Source: Octopus sinensis (taxonomy: Eukaryota). Taken from it: a stretch of DNA of 64,000 bases. Shown here piece after piece: positions 49,900-63,847 of this stretch. The stretch lies in assembly GCF_006345805.1 (NCBI RefSeq), contig NC_043021.1, forward strand, positions 13,268,001 through 13,332,000. The letters are read 5' to 3'. Every line of letters begins with the position of its first letter. The first letter of the stretch is position 1. The translations under genes and the position numbers were made by a program. Below the pieces are notes generated by a model. It was not told the DNA's origin, searched no databases, and was given only the letters and a program-made list of their open reading frames with translations.

Positions 49900-50700
49900 A
49901 CGTACATACATACATACATACATACATATGTACATAATACACACGCATACACACGTACGTATATACATATGCATACATACATACATACATATGTACACAC
50001 GCATACATACGTACGTACGTACATACATATATATATATATGCATACATACGTACGTACATACATATTTATGCATACATACATAGGAACGTACATACATAC
50101 ATACATACATAAATATGTACGTACGTACATACATACATAGGTACGTACATACATACATACATAGGTACGTACGTACATACATACATAGGTACGTACGTAC
50201 ATACATACATAGGTACGTACATACATACATAGGAACGTACATACATACATACATAAATATGTACGTACGTACATACATACATAGGTACGTACGTACATAC
50301 ATACATAGGTACGTACGTACATACATACATAGGTACGTACGTACATACATACATAGGTACGTACATACATACATACATACATAGGTACGTACATACATAC
50401 ATACATAGGTACATACATACATACATAGGTACGTACATACATACATACATAGGTACGTACATACATACATAGGTACGTACATACATACATAGGTACGTAC
50501 ATACATACATAGGTACGTACGTACATACATACATAAATAAATATGTACGTACGTACATACATAAATAATATGTACGTACATACATACAAACGTACATACA
50601 TACATACATACAAACGTACATACATACATACATACAAACGTACATACATACATACATAGGTACGTACATACATACATACACACGCATACATGTTTATGCA
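49900..50700. repeat. (TACA/GTAC)n satellite with ATAGGTACGTACGTACATACATAC higher-order units
   Basis: Seen directly. Confidence 0.95.
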
Positions 50701-52279
50701 TACATACATGAAAAGCCCTCAGCTGCCTCGAGCCAACAAGCTACTCCCACACGGAAGCTTGAACTTCTAGAAATAGCAACCAGGCCTCCAAATCACAGCC
50801 TATTTATTTATTTATCCAAAAACAAATAGTAAATAAACAGGAAGGACACTTTGGATAATTGTAATCGTTAGATACATAAAACTTGAATAAACAACAAGAT
50901 GATTAAGACTGCAATAATAATTTTGATCACACACCTTATATCAGCTCAATTAGGAGCTGACCTGAAACTAAATAACAGCTAGTTCAACATCAACAAGGTA
51001 AATTGATAGTTAGCCATTGTTAGAGGGAAACGACATTAACCCTTTTGATACCGACCAGCCTGAGGCTGGCTCTTATTCCATGGCACGAAACCTCTAATTT
51101 GAATGCATTCATTCATATATAAATCTACACCTTTCTTTGTTGTCTCAAGTAAAAAAAAACCTTCAATTAAGCTACAAGTTATGTTGCGCTGTGTTCAGAA
51201 CAATCCACTACTTAAAAGCAAGCAAATTACCGCATTTTAAATTAAGTTTAAAAAATATGGGAGTTTCTTATACATGGATAGTATTACTCTTTTACTTGTT
51301 TCATTCATTTGACTGCGGCCATGCTGGAGCACCGCCCTTAGTTGAGCAAATCGACCCCCAGGACTTATTCTTTGCAAGCCTAGCACTTATTCTATCAGTC
51401 TCTTTTGCCGGAACCGCTAAGTTATGGGGACGTAAACACACCAGCATCGTTTGTCAAGCGATGTTGGGGGGACAAACACAGACACACAAACATATACACA
51501 CACACACATACATACATACATATATATATATGAAGGGGATTGGATTATGGCCATAGTTTCAGTTGGTCACACTTAGGTATCATCATCGTCGTTTAGCGTC
51601 TGCTTTCCATGCTAGCACGGGTTGGACGGTTCAACTGGGGTCTGGGAAGCCAGAAGGCTGCACCAGGCCCAGTCTGATCTGGCAATGTTTCTACGGCTGG
51701 ATGCCCTTCCTAACGCCAACCACTCCGTGAGTGTAGTGGGTGCTTTTTACGTGCCAGACGAGGCTGGCAAACGGCCACGATCGTGTGTGTCTGTGTTTGT
51801 TCCCCCAACATCACTTGACAACCGATGCTGGTGGTTTACGTCCCTGTAACTTAGCGGTTCGGCGAAAGTGACCGATAGAATAAGTACTAGGCTTATAAGA
51901 ATAAGTACTGACGGCGATTTGCTCGACTAAAAGGCGGTGCTCCAGCATCTAGTTGGAAAATCTAATGACGGTGGCTTCTGATGGGAGCCAGTGGAGGAGG
52001 TATCTGAGCACTTTATCCACACTATCCATCATCATCATCATCAACATTTAACATCTGTTTTCCATGCTGGTATGAGTTGGACAGCTTGACAAGAACTGGC
52101 AAGGCCAAGAGCAGCACTAGGTGCCATAGTCTGTTTAGTTTAGTTTCTGTGGCTGGATGCTCTTCTTAATGCCAACCACTTCAGAGTGTATTGGATGCTT
52201 TTTACGTAGCACCATCACCAATACTCTTTATGTGGTACCCACACCAGTGCTTTTTATATGGCACCTTGGTTTCAGCTTC

Positions 52280-52440
52280 TCAGTTCTGCTGGGGTGGGCA
52301 GGTCTTCCTGAGTACAGCAATGCACCACACAACCCGGTCCTCCATCATCCCCTTTGTAAGGTTGAGCATTTTGAGATCAGTCTTCAATACTTCGTCCCAT
52401 GCCTTCTTGGGTCTCTCTCTTCCACAACTTTCCTCCCAGG
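52280..52440 (-). pseudogene. RTE-like LINE ORF2 C-terminal fragment
   Basis: GRERPKKAWDEVLKTDLKMLNLTKGMMEDRVVWCIAV matches the RTE terminal motif GRP.K.W...V..D...L.L......DR..W; a similar piece lies at 54860-54990. Confidence 0.75.
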
Positions 52441-53204
52441 AATAATGGTAGGGAGAAGAGGAATGTATGGAATAAACATAGAATTTGGATGGAAGGTTTT
52501 TAACCCCTTTTTTTAAAAGGAGTTTTTCACCCCTTTTTACTACCAGCCTGCCCATGACTGCTTCTGCTTCCATGATACGAACTTCTTGTTTGAAGTAATC
52601 TAAATTAAAACCTCCTTTCAAAATTCCATTTATGAACCAAACACCAATGACAAAATTACTTTACCAAATTCTTTATCCTTTTCAAAATTAATTGAAACAT
52701 AGGCAGTATATTTCAGCAGGAATATGGTAACAGAAGTGTTAAAGCAAGGAATTTGTATCATAGAACTTGGGGTTGAGTAATCTCAAGCAGATTGGTAATT
52801 AAAAGGGTTAAATTAACATGTTACAGGGAGAAAGAAATGGTAAGTTACTTATCTAAACTACATGAGAATTACTCAGAGAAATTTTCCATGAGAGATCACA
52901 GAGAAAGGACCCAAAAATATTTCATGGATGAACAGATAAGACATTTAAAGACATTTCAGAAATATTTAAATACTTAATAAAAATAAATTAATAATCTTTT
53001 TTTTTTAAATTGTTGCTCCTTGTATAAGAACTGTGTGCATAATTAATTAGAAATAAATAAAATATGCATTAAATAAAAACAACAAAACTTGGTGAAGTGC
53101 ATTTTTGTATTCTACAAACTTAATGAATCACTAGTTTGATTGAATCATCGTTAAGTAGAATATTTCTCTGTATCTTATTTTTAAAAGACCTATCTGTAAA
53201 ATTA

Positions 53205-53235
<31 letters not shown>

Positions 53236-53245
53236 TATATATATA

Positions 53246-53576
53246 CAGTCACAAAGAAAGCATGTATATGTATTCGTGTGTGTGTGTGTATTCACACATA
53301 TGTATGCATATATGTGTGTGTATGTGTATATCCAGATCTACATATTGTGTGTGCACTTGTGCGTCTATATACATATGCATCTGAATGTGAGTGCATGTGT
53401 ATGTATATATACATACACATGCACTCACATTCAGATGCATATGTATATAGACGCACAAGTGCACACACAATATGTAGATCTGGATATACACATACACACA
53501 CATATATGCATACATATGTGTGAATACACACACACACACACATATATATCTATATATATATAAATTTTATATATAA

Positions 53577-53620
<44 letters not shown>

Positions 53621-53650
53621 GAATACATATACATGCTTTCTTTGTGACTG
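53246..53650. repeat. Palindrome: perfect 264-bp core (53276-53539) plus offset outer arms
   Basis: Centre at 53407/53408; outer CAGTCACAAAGAAAGCATGTATATGTATTCG is inverted at about 53620-53650, beyond a ~70-bp (TA)n insert. Confidence 0.95.
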
Positions 53651-55364
53651 GTTTGAATTTAGTGATGAAGAATTTTAATCAGTTTTAAGGAAAGAGAGAG
53701 AGGGAGAGAGAGAGAAAACAAGAGAGAAAGAGTGTGTGTGTGTATTTATACACACACACACATCCACCCACACACACAAAAAAAATTATAGTTACTAGTC
53801 AGAAAATGTTACTGACAGTTTTCTAAACATTTCTCTTTTGCGTGTCTAATATTTTATTATTCACATTCAAATACATAAATAATATTTAAAAAAAAATCTG
53901 TCAAAATCAAAAAAAAGGAAAAAGCATAGTTGAAGAGAGAGCGAAGGTGGGGGGGGGAGGAAAAAGAGATGCTATAAAGAGTTCTTGTTTATACATAAAA
54001 CTTTGAAAATGGTAAAGGGTGGGGTGGGGGTGTACTGTCAAGCCATTGACCACTTGAAAACATTCAAGATTGAGTTCTTTCATTTTACATTGAAACTTAA
54101 TGCAATTACATTCACAACATCCTTCTCATCATGTCTGTCTTCAATCACAGACCTGCTAGAAACAGCAGGAAACAAATCTCCCTCCTATTGCTGACACAGA
54201 CATTGGTATCTCAAGTCCTGTGAGACATTACTGCTTCATCACCCGGTTTCCATGGTATATAAACAACCAAGGTCACAACATTTTTCCCTCGAACAGAACA
54301 CCGGTCTGGTTTAAGGAGACCTTTTGTGCAACTGAGTGAAATGGAGTGTCTTGCTCAAGAACACAACCTATTGCTCAATCATCATCATCATCGTCTAGCA
54401 TCTCCTTTCCATGCTGGCATGGGTGAGACGGTTTGACTGAAAATGGTGAGATGGAGAGCTGTACCAGGTTCCAATCTGATTTGGTATGGATTCTATGGCT
54501 AGATGGCCTTCCTAATACCTATTTTTTTATTACCCACAAGGGGCTAAACATAGAGGGGACAAACATAGGTATTAAGTTGATTACATCGACCCCAGTGCGT
54601 AACTGGTACTTAATTTATTGACCTCGAAAGGATGAAAGGTAAAGTCGACCTCGGCGGATTTGAACTCACAACGTAACGGCAGACGAAATACCGCTAAGCA
54701 TTTCGCCCGACGTGCTAACGTTTCTGCCAGCTCTCCGCCTTCCTAATACCAACCAATCCAAGGGTGTAATGGGTGCTTTTTACATGCCACTGGCACAAGG
54801 GGCTAGTTACATGGCACTGGCATTGGCCACAACTACAATTTCACTTAGCTTGATGAATCTTCTCAAGCACGGCACATCGTCAAAATTTCCAGCCACTTCT
54901 CACCTCCACGAGGCCCAACGTTCAAAGATCATGCTTCACCACCTCGTCCCATGGCTTCCTGGGTCTTCTTCCACAGGTTTCCTTCACAGTTAGAGACCAG
55001 CACTCCACAGACACATGTACCCTTAATATAGTTCTCAGGGAGATATAGTGCGACACAATGTGACAAGGCTGCCCTCTTTGAATTACTGGTACTACTTATT
55101 TTTGCCAGCTGAGTGAACTGGAGCAACATGCAATAAAGTACCTTGCTTAAGGACATGACATGTTTGTCACTGGGAATTGAACTCACAACCTTATGATCAT
55201 GAGCTGAATATCCCTAACCACTAAGCCATGTGATTTCACCAGACCTGCCATTAAGTGCTTTATCATTAAAGAATGCGCCGCTGGAAATCGAACTCACGCC
55301 CTAGCAGTCGTGAGCCAAACACTCTAACCCCAAAAGCTAAGCACCTTCACCCAGCCATCTAACA

Positions 55365-55735
55365 CCACACACACACACACTAGCATTGCACCACACACAC
55401 ACTAGCATTGCACCACACACACACACTAGCATTGCACCATACACACACACTAGCATTGCACCACACACACACATGAGCATTGCACTACAAACACACACTC
55501 TAGCATTGTATTACACACACACTAGCATTGCACTACAAACACACACACTAGCATTGCATTACACACACACTAGTACCACACACACACACTAGCATTGCAC
55601 TACACACACAGACACAATAGCATTGCACTACAAACACACACACACACTAGCATTGCATCACACACACATACTAGCACTGCATTACAGACACACACACATA
55701 CACACACTAACATTGCACTACACACACACACACAC
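55365..55735. repeat. Minisatellite CTAGCATTGCAC(CA)n, about 13 units
   Basis: Seen directly. Confidence 0.92.
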
Positions 55736-55997
55736 ATGCTACCATATCCCATGTGTGTGACGTACTCACATGCAGAATTTCCTGAGCATTTCAAATTTCA
55801 AACAAAATTTCACAGCAAAAAATTCCTTTGATTATAATTTTTAAAAAAAATGACAATTCCATAAACTGCCAGAGAGGATTTGATTACAAGATGCTGTTTA
55901 ACACCAGGTCAGACCTGATAGAGTCCACCTATAAATCATAAGCATCCTCTTTTTGGGCATGGAACATCTTGGACTACAATACCCAAAATATTGCACC

Positions 55998-56092
55998 ATA
56001 TATTAAATGTTTGTGTGTGTATGTATATATATATATATATATTATATAATATATATATATATATATATATACATACATACATATACATACAT

Positions 56093-56123
<31 letters not shown>

Positions 56124-56729
56124 ATATATATATATATAATATACATACATACATACATACATACACACATATATATATATATATATATATAATATACATA
56201 CATAAATATATATATATATATACATACATACATACATACATATATGTATATATACATACATATATATATATATACATATATGTATATATACATATATGTA
56301 TATATACATATATATATATATACATACATATATGTATATATACATATATATATATATACATACATATATGTATATATACATACATACATATATGTATATA
56401 TATATACATACATACATATATGTATATATACATACATACATATATGTATATATATATACATACATACATACATATATATATATACATACATACATATATG
56501 TATATATATATACATACATACATACATATATATATATATATACATACATATATGTATATATACATACATATATATATATATATACATACATATATGTATA
56601 TATACATACATATATATATATATACATACATACATATATATATATATATACATACATATATATATATATATACATACATATATGTATATATACATACATA
56701 TATATATATATACATACATATATGTATAT

Positions 56730-56762
<33 letters not shown>

Positions 56763-56895
56763 CATACATATATGTATATATACATACATATAGATATATA
56801 TATATATACACATACATACATATATATATATGCATGCACAGAAATACATATATATATATATATATGCATGCACATAAATACTATATATATATATT
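55998..56895. repeat. Long (TA/TACA/TATG) microsatellite block
   Basis: Seen directly; source of the 200-300 aa Y/I/M/C pseudo-ORFs. Confidence 0.97.
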
Positions 56896-57019
56896 GTAAT
56901 ATTTATTTCAAGCTCAAACTTCACAAATCACAATTTGGAGTTTCATGTACCTGATTCTAAAGTGATAAGAAACGTATTTCCTCCCCGATGCATATGTGTG
57001 TGCGCGTATGGAGGGGTAG

Positions 57020-57067
<48 letters not shown>

Positions 57068-57883
57068 GTGGGAGTAGGTGTTTGTGTGGGAGTGTGTGGG
57101 AGTAAGCATATATTTAGACATAGCACCTCGGTAATTCACAAGTGGCATTCAAGTGGATCAGTTCATCCAAACATGAGGGATAGTTTAAAGTACAGCTGCA
57201 AGCTGCATTTAGAAAGAAAAAGAAAAAAAACAGCCAATAAAGTTATTAGCCAGAGTCCAGCTTCCTCACCTCAATTAATTAAGAGGAAGTCTAAAACCGT
57301 CGTGAATGTCTCCAGACATATTCACTGCCGTCATTTAATGTCCACTTTTCCAAGCTCGCATGTGTCAGTTAGAATTTGTTGAGGCAAATCTTCTATGGCC
57401 AGATGCCCTTCCTGTCGCCAATCATCACCTGTATACAAACAAGGTAATATTTCCCCTTTGCCAGATGTTTTTCACAGAAGATTGGAAATGAACAGCTCCA
57501 CCTGTGCGACTGATGGTCATTTATAACCATGATGTGATGTCTAGGCAAAGCTACACACAAACATATATATATACCTTACATTTGCTGGTATTTACCTGTT
57601 CCTTTATACTGAGCGCTTACTAGATATCTGCCTGTTTTTTAATCCTTTCTTATATATATATATTATGACAAATAGCCGAGACCTTTGGCAATATGGTGCG
57701 CTTGGGAAGAAGTCCCATTGAGCCAACTGAAATCGAAGTCATTGCAGATACTGGTGTCACATAATTGGCACTTGTGCCGGTGGCACATAAAGACACCTAT
57801 TACACTCTTGTATATATTATACTCGTGTATATATACACTCATGCAGATATACACTCGTGTATGTGTGTATATATATAAATAGA

Positions 57884-57918
<35 letters not shown>

Positions 57919-58367
57919 TACTCTTTTACTTGTTTCAGTCATTTGACTGTGGCTATGCTGGAGCACCGCCTTTAGTCGAGCAAATCGACCCCAGGACTTA
58001 TTCTTTGGAAGCCTAGTACTTATTCTATTGGCCTCTTTTGCCGAACCGGTAATTTACGGGGACATAAACACACCACAATCGGTTGTCAAGTGATGTTGGG
58101 GGGACAAACACAGACACACAAATACACATATATATATACATATATATGACAGGCTTCTTTCAGTTTCCGTCTACCAAATCCACTCACAAGGCTTTGGTCG
58201 GTCTGAGGCTATAGTAGAAGACACTTGCCCAAGGTGCCACGCAGTGGGAATAAACCCGGAACCACATAAGCAAGCTACTTAGCACACAGCCACTCTTGTG
58301 CCTAAGCTACTTACCACCCAGCCACTCCTGCGCCTAAGCTACTTACCAAGCAGCCACTCCTGCACCT
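57919..58367 (-). mobile_element. SINE family A with a triplicated 32-bp 5' end
   Basis: AAGCTACTT starts at 58272, 58304 and 58336. Confidence 0.9.
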
Positions 58368-60249
58368 ATTTATATATATATATATTATATATAAATAGAT
58401 AGATGTAGATATAAACACACACACACGTTTTTGTCTGTGCCTATGTTTTGTTTATATCAGTCTAAAACCCATGTTCTTTTTAGCGTATTTTTGTGTACTA
58501 TAAACTTAGTAGTTCAACAAACAGAGATCAATACAGTACGTATGCCAGAAGCAAAACAAGTTCTGGAGCAAGTGCGATCAGCTAAAATCCTTGACCGTCT
58601 CAGTCCTGTGACCAAAACCAGTATAACCAAATACCACTGGTGGCCAATCTAGTGAAACTGGTTAATTAGGGTGACCAGCGGAATTATAAAGCTCAAGAAT
58701 TTGACAATGAGAATACAACAGGTTGGAAATATTACAGCAGAGCAGAAATACCAGTTCTATGAGGTTCAAAGTAAAAACAATGCCAAAATGTTGATGAGTG
58801 AGGTATTGTCTTAATCATAATAAGAAAGACTTTAATGGCTCTTGTAGAAATTCAATCAGGTGTGGATGTAGGTGTGGAAGCGACGGACATGGTAGATGAA
58901 ATGAAAAGACTTTAGTATGAGACTTTTGTGATGTGTTGCAATAAATGTGTCAGGTTTAACGAGTCGAGTCAGAATATCAACTGGTCATGCAGCCAGTTCG
59001 TTACCTGCCTGTCAGGTGAGATCGACTTAGTTCCAACCATGTGGAGCCAAATTAGAACAGAAGATTGTTGAGTGAAATCAATGGCTCTCCCACCTCTTAT
59101 CCTCATCATATATTTCTGGTAAATTCTGTTAATTGTTTCAGGCATTTGACTGAAGCCATGCCGGAGCATTGCCTTAAATTGGATTTTAGCCACAGAAATT
59201 GACCCCAGGACTTCTATCGGTCTGTTTTGCTGAACCGTTATGTTACAGGGTACATAAACACACCAACATTGGTTGTCAAGTGACGGTTGGTGGGGACAAA
59301 CATATACATAGATATATACACGTGTCTGTGTATGTGTGTGTATGTGCGTGTATATATACATACATACAGTGAGCTTCTTTTAGTTTCCATCTACTAAATC
59401 CATTCACAAGGCTTTGGTCAGCCTGAGGGTATAGTAGAAGACACTTGCCCAGAAACGTGGTTGGGAAGCAAGCTTCTTACCACATAGCTGTGCCTAAACT
59501 TTAAAAAAAAAACCTAATTTACTACAAATAAATATTTTTGAATTCCTTGAGAGAAAATATTACAGGTGTAGGTGTTGCTGTGTGGTTAAGAAACCTGCTT
59601 TCCGATCAGGAAGTTTTGAGTTCAGTCCCAATGCACGGCAGCTTAGGCAAGCAACTTTTACTATAGCCTGAGGCTGACCAAAGCCTTGTGAGTGAATTTG
59701 GTAAATGAAAACTGAAGGAACCCCATTGTGTGCATGTGTGTATGAATGGGTCAAAGGCGAAGTCTACCTCAGCAGATTTTGATCTCAGAACATAAAGACG
59801 GACAAAATGCTGCTAAGCATTTTCCCTGGTGTACTAACGATTCTGCTTCCTTGCCACCCTAAAACATTGGTTTCAAATTTTGGTACAAGGCCAGCAATTT
59901 TAGCGAGGGGTTAAGTCAATTACATCAGCCCCCAGTGTTTAATTGGTACTTATTTTTATTAACCCCGGCAGGATGAAAGACAATGTTGACCTTGGTGGAT
60001 TTTGAACTCAGAACAAAAAGACGGAAGAAATGCCAATAAGCATTTTGTTCCGCAAACTAAAGGTTTTGCCAGCTCATCACCTTAAATTGAACAAATATCA
60101 AATTTTCTCGACCCTTCAGCATTCAGATTACTCCCTCAAATGGAATATTTATTTGTGTTGTTTTGAATCAATCATGCATTGCCTTGTAGCTTCAAGATGT
60201 CAATCATGTGACATTGTAGGGTAGGTGTGAGAGGCCAGATATAGACAGC

Positions 60250-60678
60250 TAAACCCTTCAGCATTCAGCTTACTCAGTCAAATGTAATCTTTATTCGCAT
60301 TGTTTCGAATTAACCATGCATCATCATTGTTTAACGTCTGTTCTCCATACTAGCATGGGTTGGACGATTTGACTGAGGACTGGCGAACCAGATGGCAGCA
60401 CCAGGCTCCAATCTTGATCTGGCAGAGTTTCTACAGCTTGATGCCCTTCCTAACACCAACCACTCCGAGAGTGTAGTGGGTGCACAAGGGCCAGTCAGGC
60501 GGTACTGGCAACAGCCATGCTCAAAAGGTGTTTTTTATGTGCCACCTGCACAGGAGCCAGTCCAGTTTAGGATGACATTGTAAGGTAGGTGTGAGAGGCT
60601 GGATCTGGCCTGGTTGAACATAAAACTATTAGAATATTTTGGCCAGGTATGACCAGTTTTAATGCTAAAACATTAAAT
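60250..60678. mobile_element. piggyBac-like MITE interrupted by a SINE C insertion (about 60320-60567)
   Basis: Ends CTAAACCCTTCAGCATTC and AATGCTAAAACATTAA; the MITE sequence resumes after the SINE. Confidence 0.65.
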
Positions 60679-61775
60679 AATTAAATGAAATACAGGCACC
60701 AATAAACTAATCTGGTAGCAACAGGAATTTGAAAATCCTGCTTGTAAATTAGTGTAGATTAAAAGAGGCTCCAGAACCTCTTGTGCTTGTGCAACACTTG
60801 TATATTTGTGTCATTGATCTTTACCAAATCACAGCAGACTCTCATGAGATTGATATAGTGGATGCCTTGTCAGGAACACTGTTTAAAAACCTATTCTGTT
60901 TAGTGTCAGAGGAAGCCAGTTTTTTTTAAATAGCCTCAACCACCTCCACTTTTTTCAGTGAATTATAAAACAGAAATAGAACAAAAAAACTCAGCAACAA
61001 TATTCGCAGTGCTTAAAATAATGTTTAAATTCCATCCACTCGGCCGATTCAAATGCTCTCATTATATACGTGACATTATTATATACACACAAAGAGATTA
61101 ATCACATGTTTAGACTAGTGTGACGTGTATGTGTGTGTGTCCGTGTGTATATATATGACACACAAACACACATCCTCGGCCAGTCTTTCAAAAGACTGAA
61201 GCATTAACCTTCAAGGATAGAAGGTATTTGATTAATGATACCGGCAAGGCATGCAAATTCTTCAAAGTAGCTACACAGGTGTTGATTGAAGAAGTACCTA
61301 CTCAGTCTGAAATATTTTAAAAACGACAGTGGTTGCCTACATATGCATGAGGCCAGACTGATCCTGGAAGATAAAAAGTAAAGTTGACTTAGGTGGGAGT
61401 TGAACTTAGAAGGTAAAAATACCTAAATCAGATATGAAAGGGCATTAAAAAAAATTTTTTTTACCATTTTTATGTTCTAAAGATTCTACTCATAAAAGTG
61501 GCATTAATAATAAAATAATAAGAAAGGCGATTAAATTGATATGAGGACAGGTGCAGACATGGCTCTGAGGTTAAGAAGTTTGCTTTGCAACCGAGTGGTT
61601 TTGGGTTCAGCCCCACTGCGTGGCACCTTCACCAAATGTGTGCTATTATAACTCACAGCTGACCAATGCCTTGTAAATGAATTTAGTAAACGGAAATGGA
61701 AAGAAACCTATTGTGTGTGTGTGTGTTGGCTGGCTTCAAGCTTTTGCTTGATGAGGCTGGGGTCATTCCAAGCTA

Positions 61776-61950
61776 GTGTTCTTTGAGGAATCATCATTGG
61801 TAGAGCTGACCAGTTCCACCAGTGCTTTCCATTGCCGGTGGTCCCGTACCAGCCCCTCTGCATCCTCCAAGGGGACGTCGAGCCTCTGTAAATCTTTCTT
61901 AATCACGTCCAGTCATCTGCTACAGGGCCTAGCATGAGGCCTCTCTCAGC
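61776..61950 (-). pseudogene. RTE-like LINE ORF2 C-terminal fragment (different subfamily)
   Basis: G*ERPHARPCSR*LDVIKKDLQRLDVPLEDAEGLVRDHRQWKALVELVSS...*. Confidence 0.7.
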
Positions 61951-63146
61951 CCACAGCTGCTGCGTTGAATGAGAGTATGTGTGTATATAGTATACACACA
62001 CACACGTGTCTTCTACTATAGCCTACGGCTGACGAAAGCCTTGTGAGTGGATTTGGTAGACAAAAACTGAAAGAAGCCTGTTGTATATATGTATATGTAT
62101 ATATATGTGTGTATGTGTGTGTTTGTCCCCACCACCACTTCACAACTGGTGTTGATGTGCTTAGATTTTCGTAACTTAGCAGTTTGGCAAAAGAGATGGA
62201 TAGAACAAGTAGCAGGCTTCACAAAGAAAATAATGTACTAGGGGTTGATACATTCGACTAAAACTTTAAGGTGGTGCCCCAACATGGCTGCAGTCTAATA
62301 ACGACTGAATCAAGTAAAAGATAGAAAAAAGAAAAAGGGGGCTTAGTACCCATGAGCTTTACATAAACATTTCCCTGATTGTTGAAGTTAATGCATATGT
62401 ACAATCTGAACTGCTGTAGACCGATGTGGTTTATTTCCAGGTTGGCCCTGATCAAACAGAAACTATGATCATCGGCATTCCAGTCATGACCATCCTGTCA
62501 TTTTCTTCTATAATGTATGAATAACGTTATCCAATACACCTGCTTATTCCTTTTTTAAAAGACAATGGGAAGGTGTACGATACAAGGGAAATTTGGTTGC
62601 TATTTCTAGCAGGTCAAGCAATGATGTAGTGCCCCTGCCACCTGCCTCGTTTGCTCATTTTTCTGTTGCTTGATTGCCTATGTGCAGCGAAAAAAGAGAG
62701 GCGGGGGTGCTATTTTCTGAAATTTGCTGTTCTGTGGTGGAAAGATTGAATATAGTGTGTGTATTTCTAATGTTTATTAGGTGGGCGACATATCGGGGTG
62801 GATGGGCGAGGAGGAGGAGGAAGAGGAGGACTCAAGCAGAGATGCGGTATAGCGCAGAGTGGTTGCTAGTTCAGAAGAACAGAAGCCGTTGTATTAGGAC
62901 TAGAGGAGGCAGAGAGAAGAAAGAAACAGCATATCTATAGTGGTGTGGGATGAAGATGGAGCACAGGAGATGCTGCATCATATAGAGAAAATGTTGGCCA
63001 TTCAGCTGGATGGCCCCGTCTTTTAAGGGGAGAAGTTATCTCAAATGTGTGTATGTGTAGCCGAGTGAGTAGCAGCAGCAGTAGTTTTGTCATCCTAACC
63101 CCTGTTTAATATCATCCTGCCCAAAGGCATCTGTGGTTCTATAAAA

Positions 63147-63612
63147 AGGCAGCAAGCTGGCAGAATCGTTAGCACGTCGGGCGAAATGCTTAGCGGTATT
63201 TCGTCTGCTCTACGTTCTGAGTTCAAATTCCACTGAGGTCGACTTTGACTTTCATCCTTTCGGGGGTCGATAAATTAAGTACCAATTACGCACTGGGCTC
63301 AATGTAATCGACTTAGTCCCTTTGTCTGTCCTTGTTTGTCCCCTCTATGTTTAGCCCCTTATGGGTAGTAAAGAAACAAAGGCGGTGAACTGGCAGAAAC
63401 GTTAGCACGCTGGGCAAAATGCGTAGCCATATTTCGTCTGCCGTTACGTTCTGAGTTCAAATTTCGACAAGATCGACTTTGCCTTTCATCCTTTCGGGGT
63501 TGATAAATTAAGTACCAATTATACACTGAGGTCGATGTAATCGACTTAATCCCTTTGTCTGTCCTTGTTTGTCCCCTCTGTGTTTAGCCCCTTGTGGGTA
63601 GTAAAGAAATAG
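63147..63612 (+). mobile_element. Head-to-tail dimer of two full SINE B copies
   Basis: The second head GGCGGTGAACTGGCAG starts at about 63381, right after the first tail GTAGTAAAGAAAC. Confidence 0.88.
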
Positions 63613-63847
63613 GTTCTAAGATATAAATTCCATGTTTTAATGTGATCTAAACTGAAAATCTTCCATCAAAATTCTATGTTAACCTTTTAGCATTCATATT
63701 ACCCTGTCAAATATAATTCTTATGTAGTCACATCGTTTTGAATTTACCATGCATTATCTTGTAGCTTTGAGATTTTGATGAGGTAACTTAACTTTTAGAA
63801 CGATATTGTAGGTTGGTGTGAGAGATCAGATCTGGACAGTTAATCCC

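Noticed and set aside
49661-50709. 346-aa and 311-aa ORFs
   Set aside because: Translations of the (TACA/GTAC)n satellite.
51285-51950. Inverted pair of SINE A halves resembling the fold-back at 32408
   Set aside because: The arms carry different private variants and a long unrelated spacer, consistent with independent insertions.
55936-56954. ORFs of 165-316 aa on both strands
   Set aside because: Pure (TA/TACA/TATG) microsatellite; these frames cannot contain stops.
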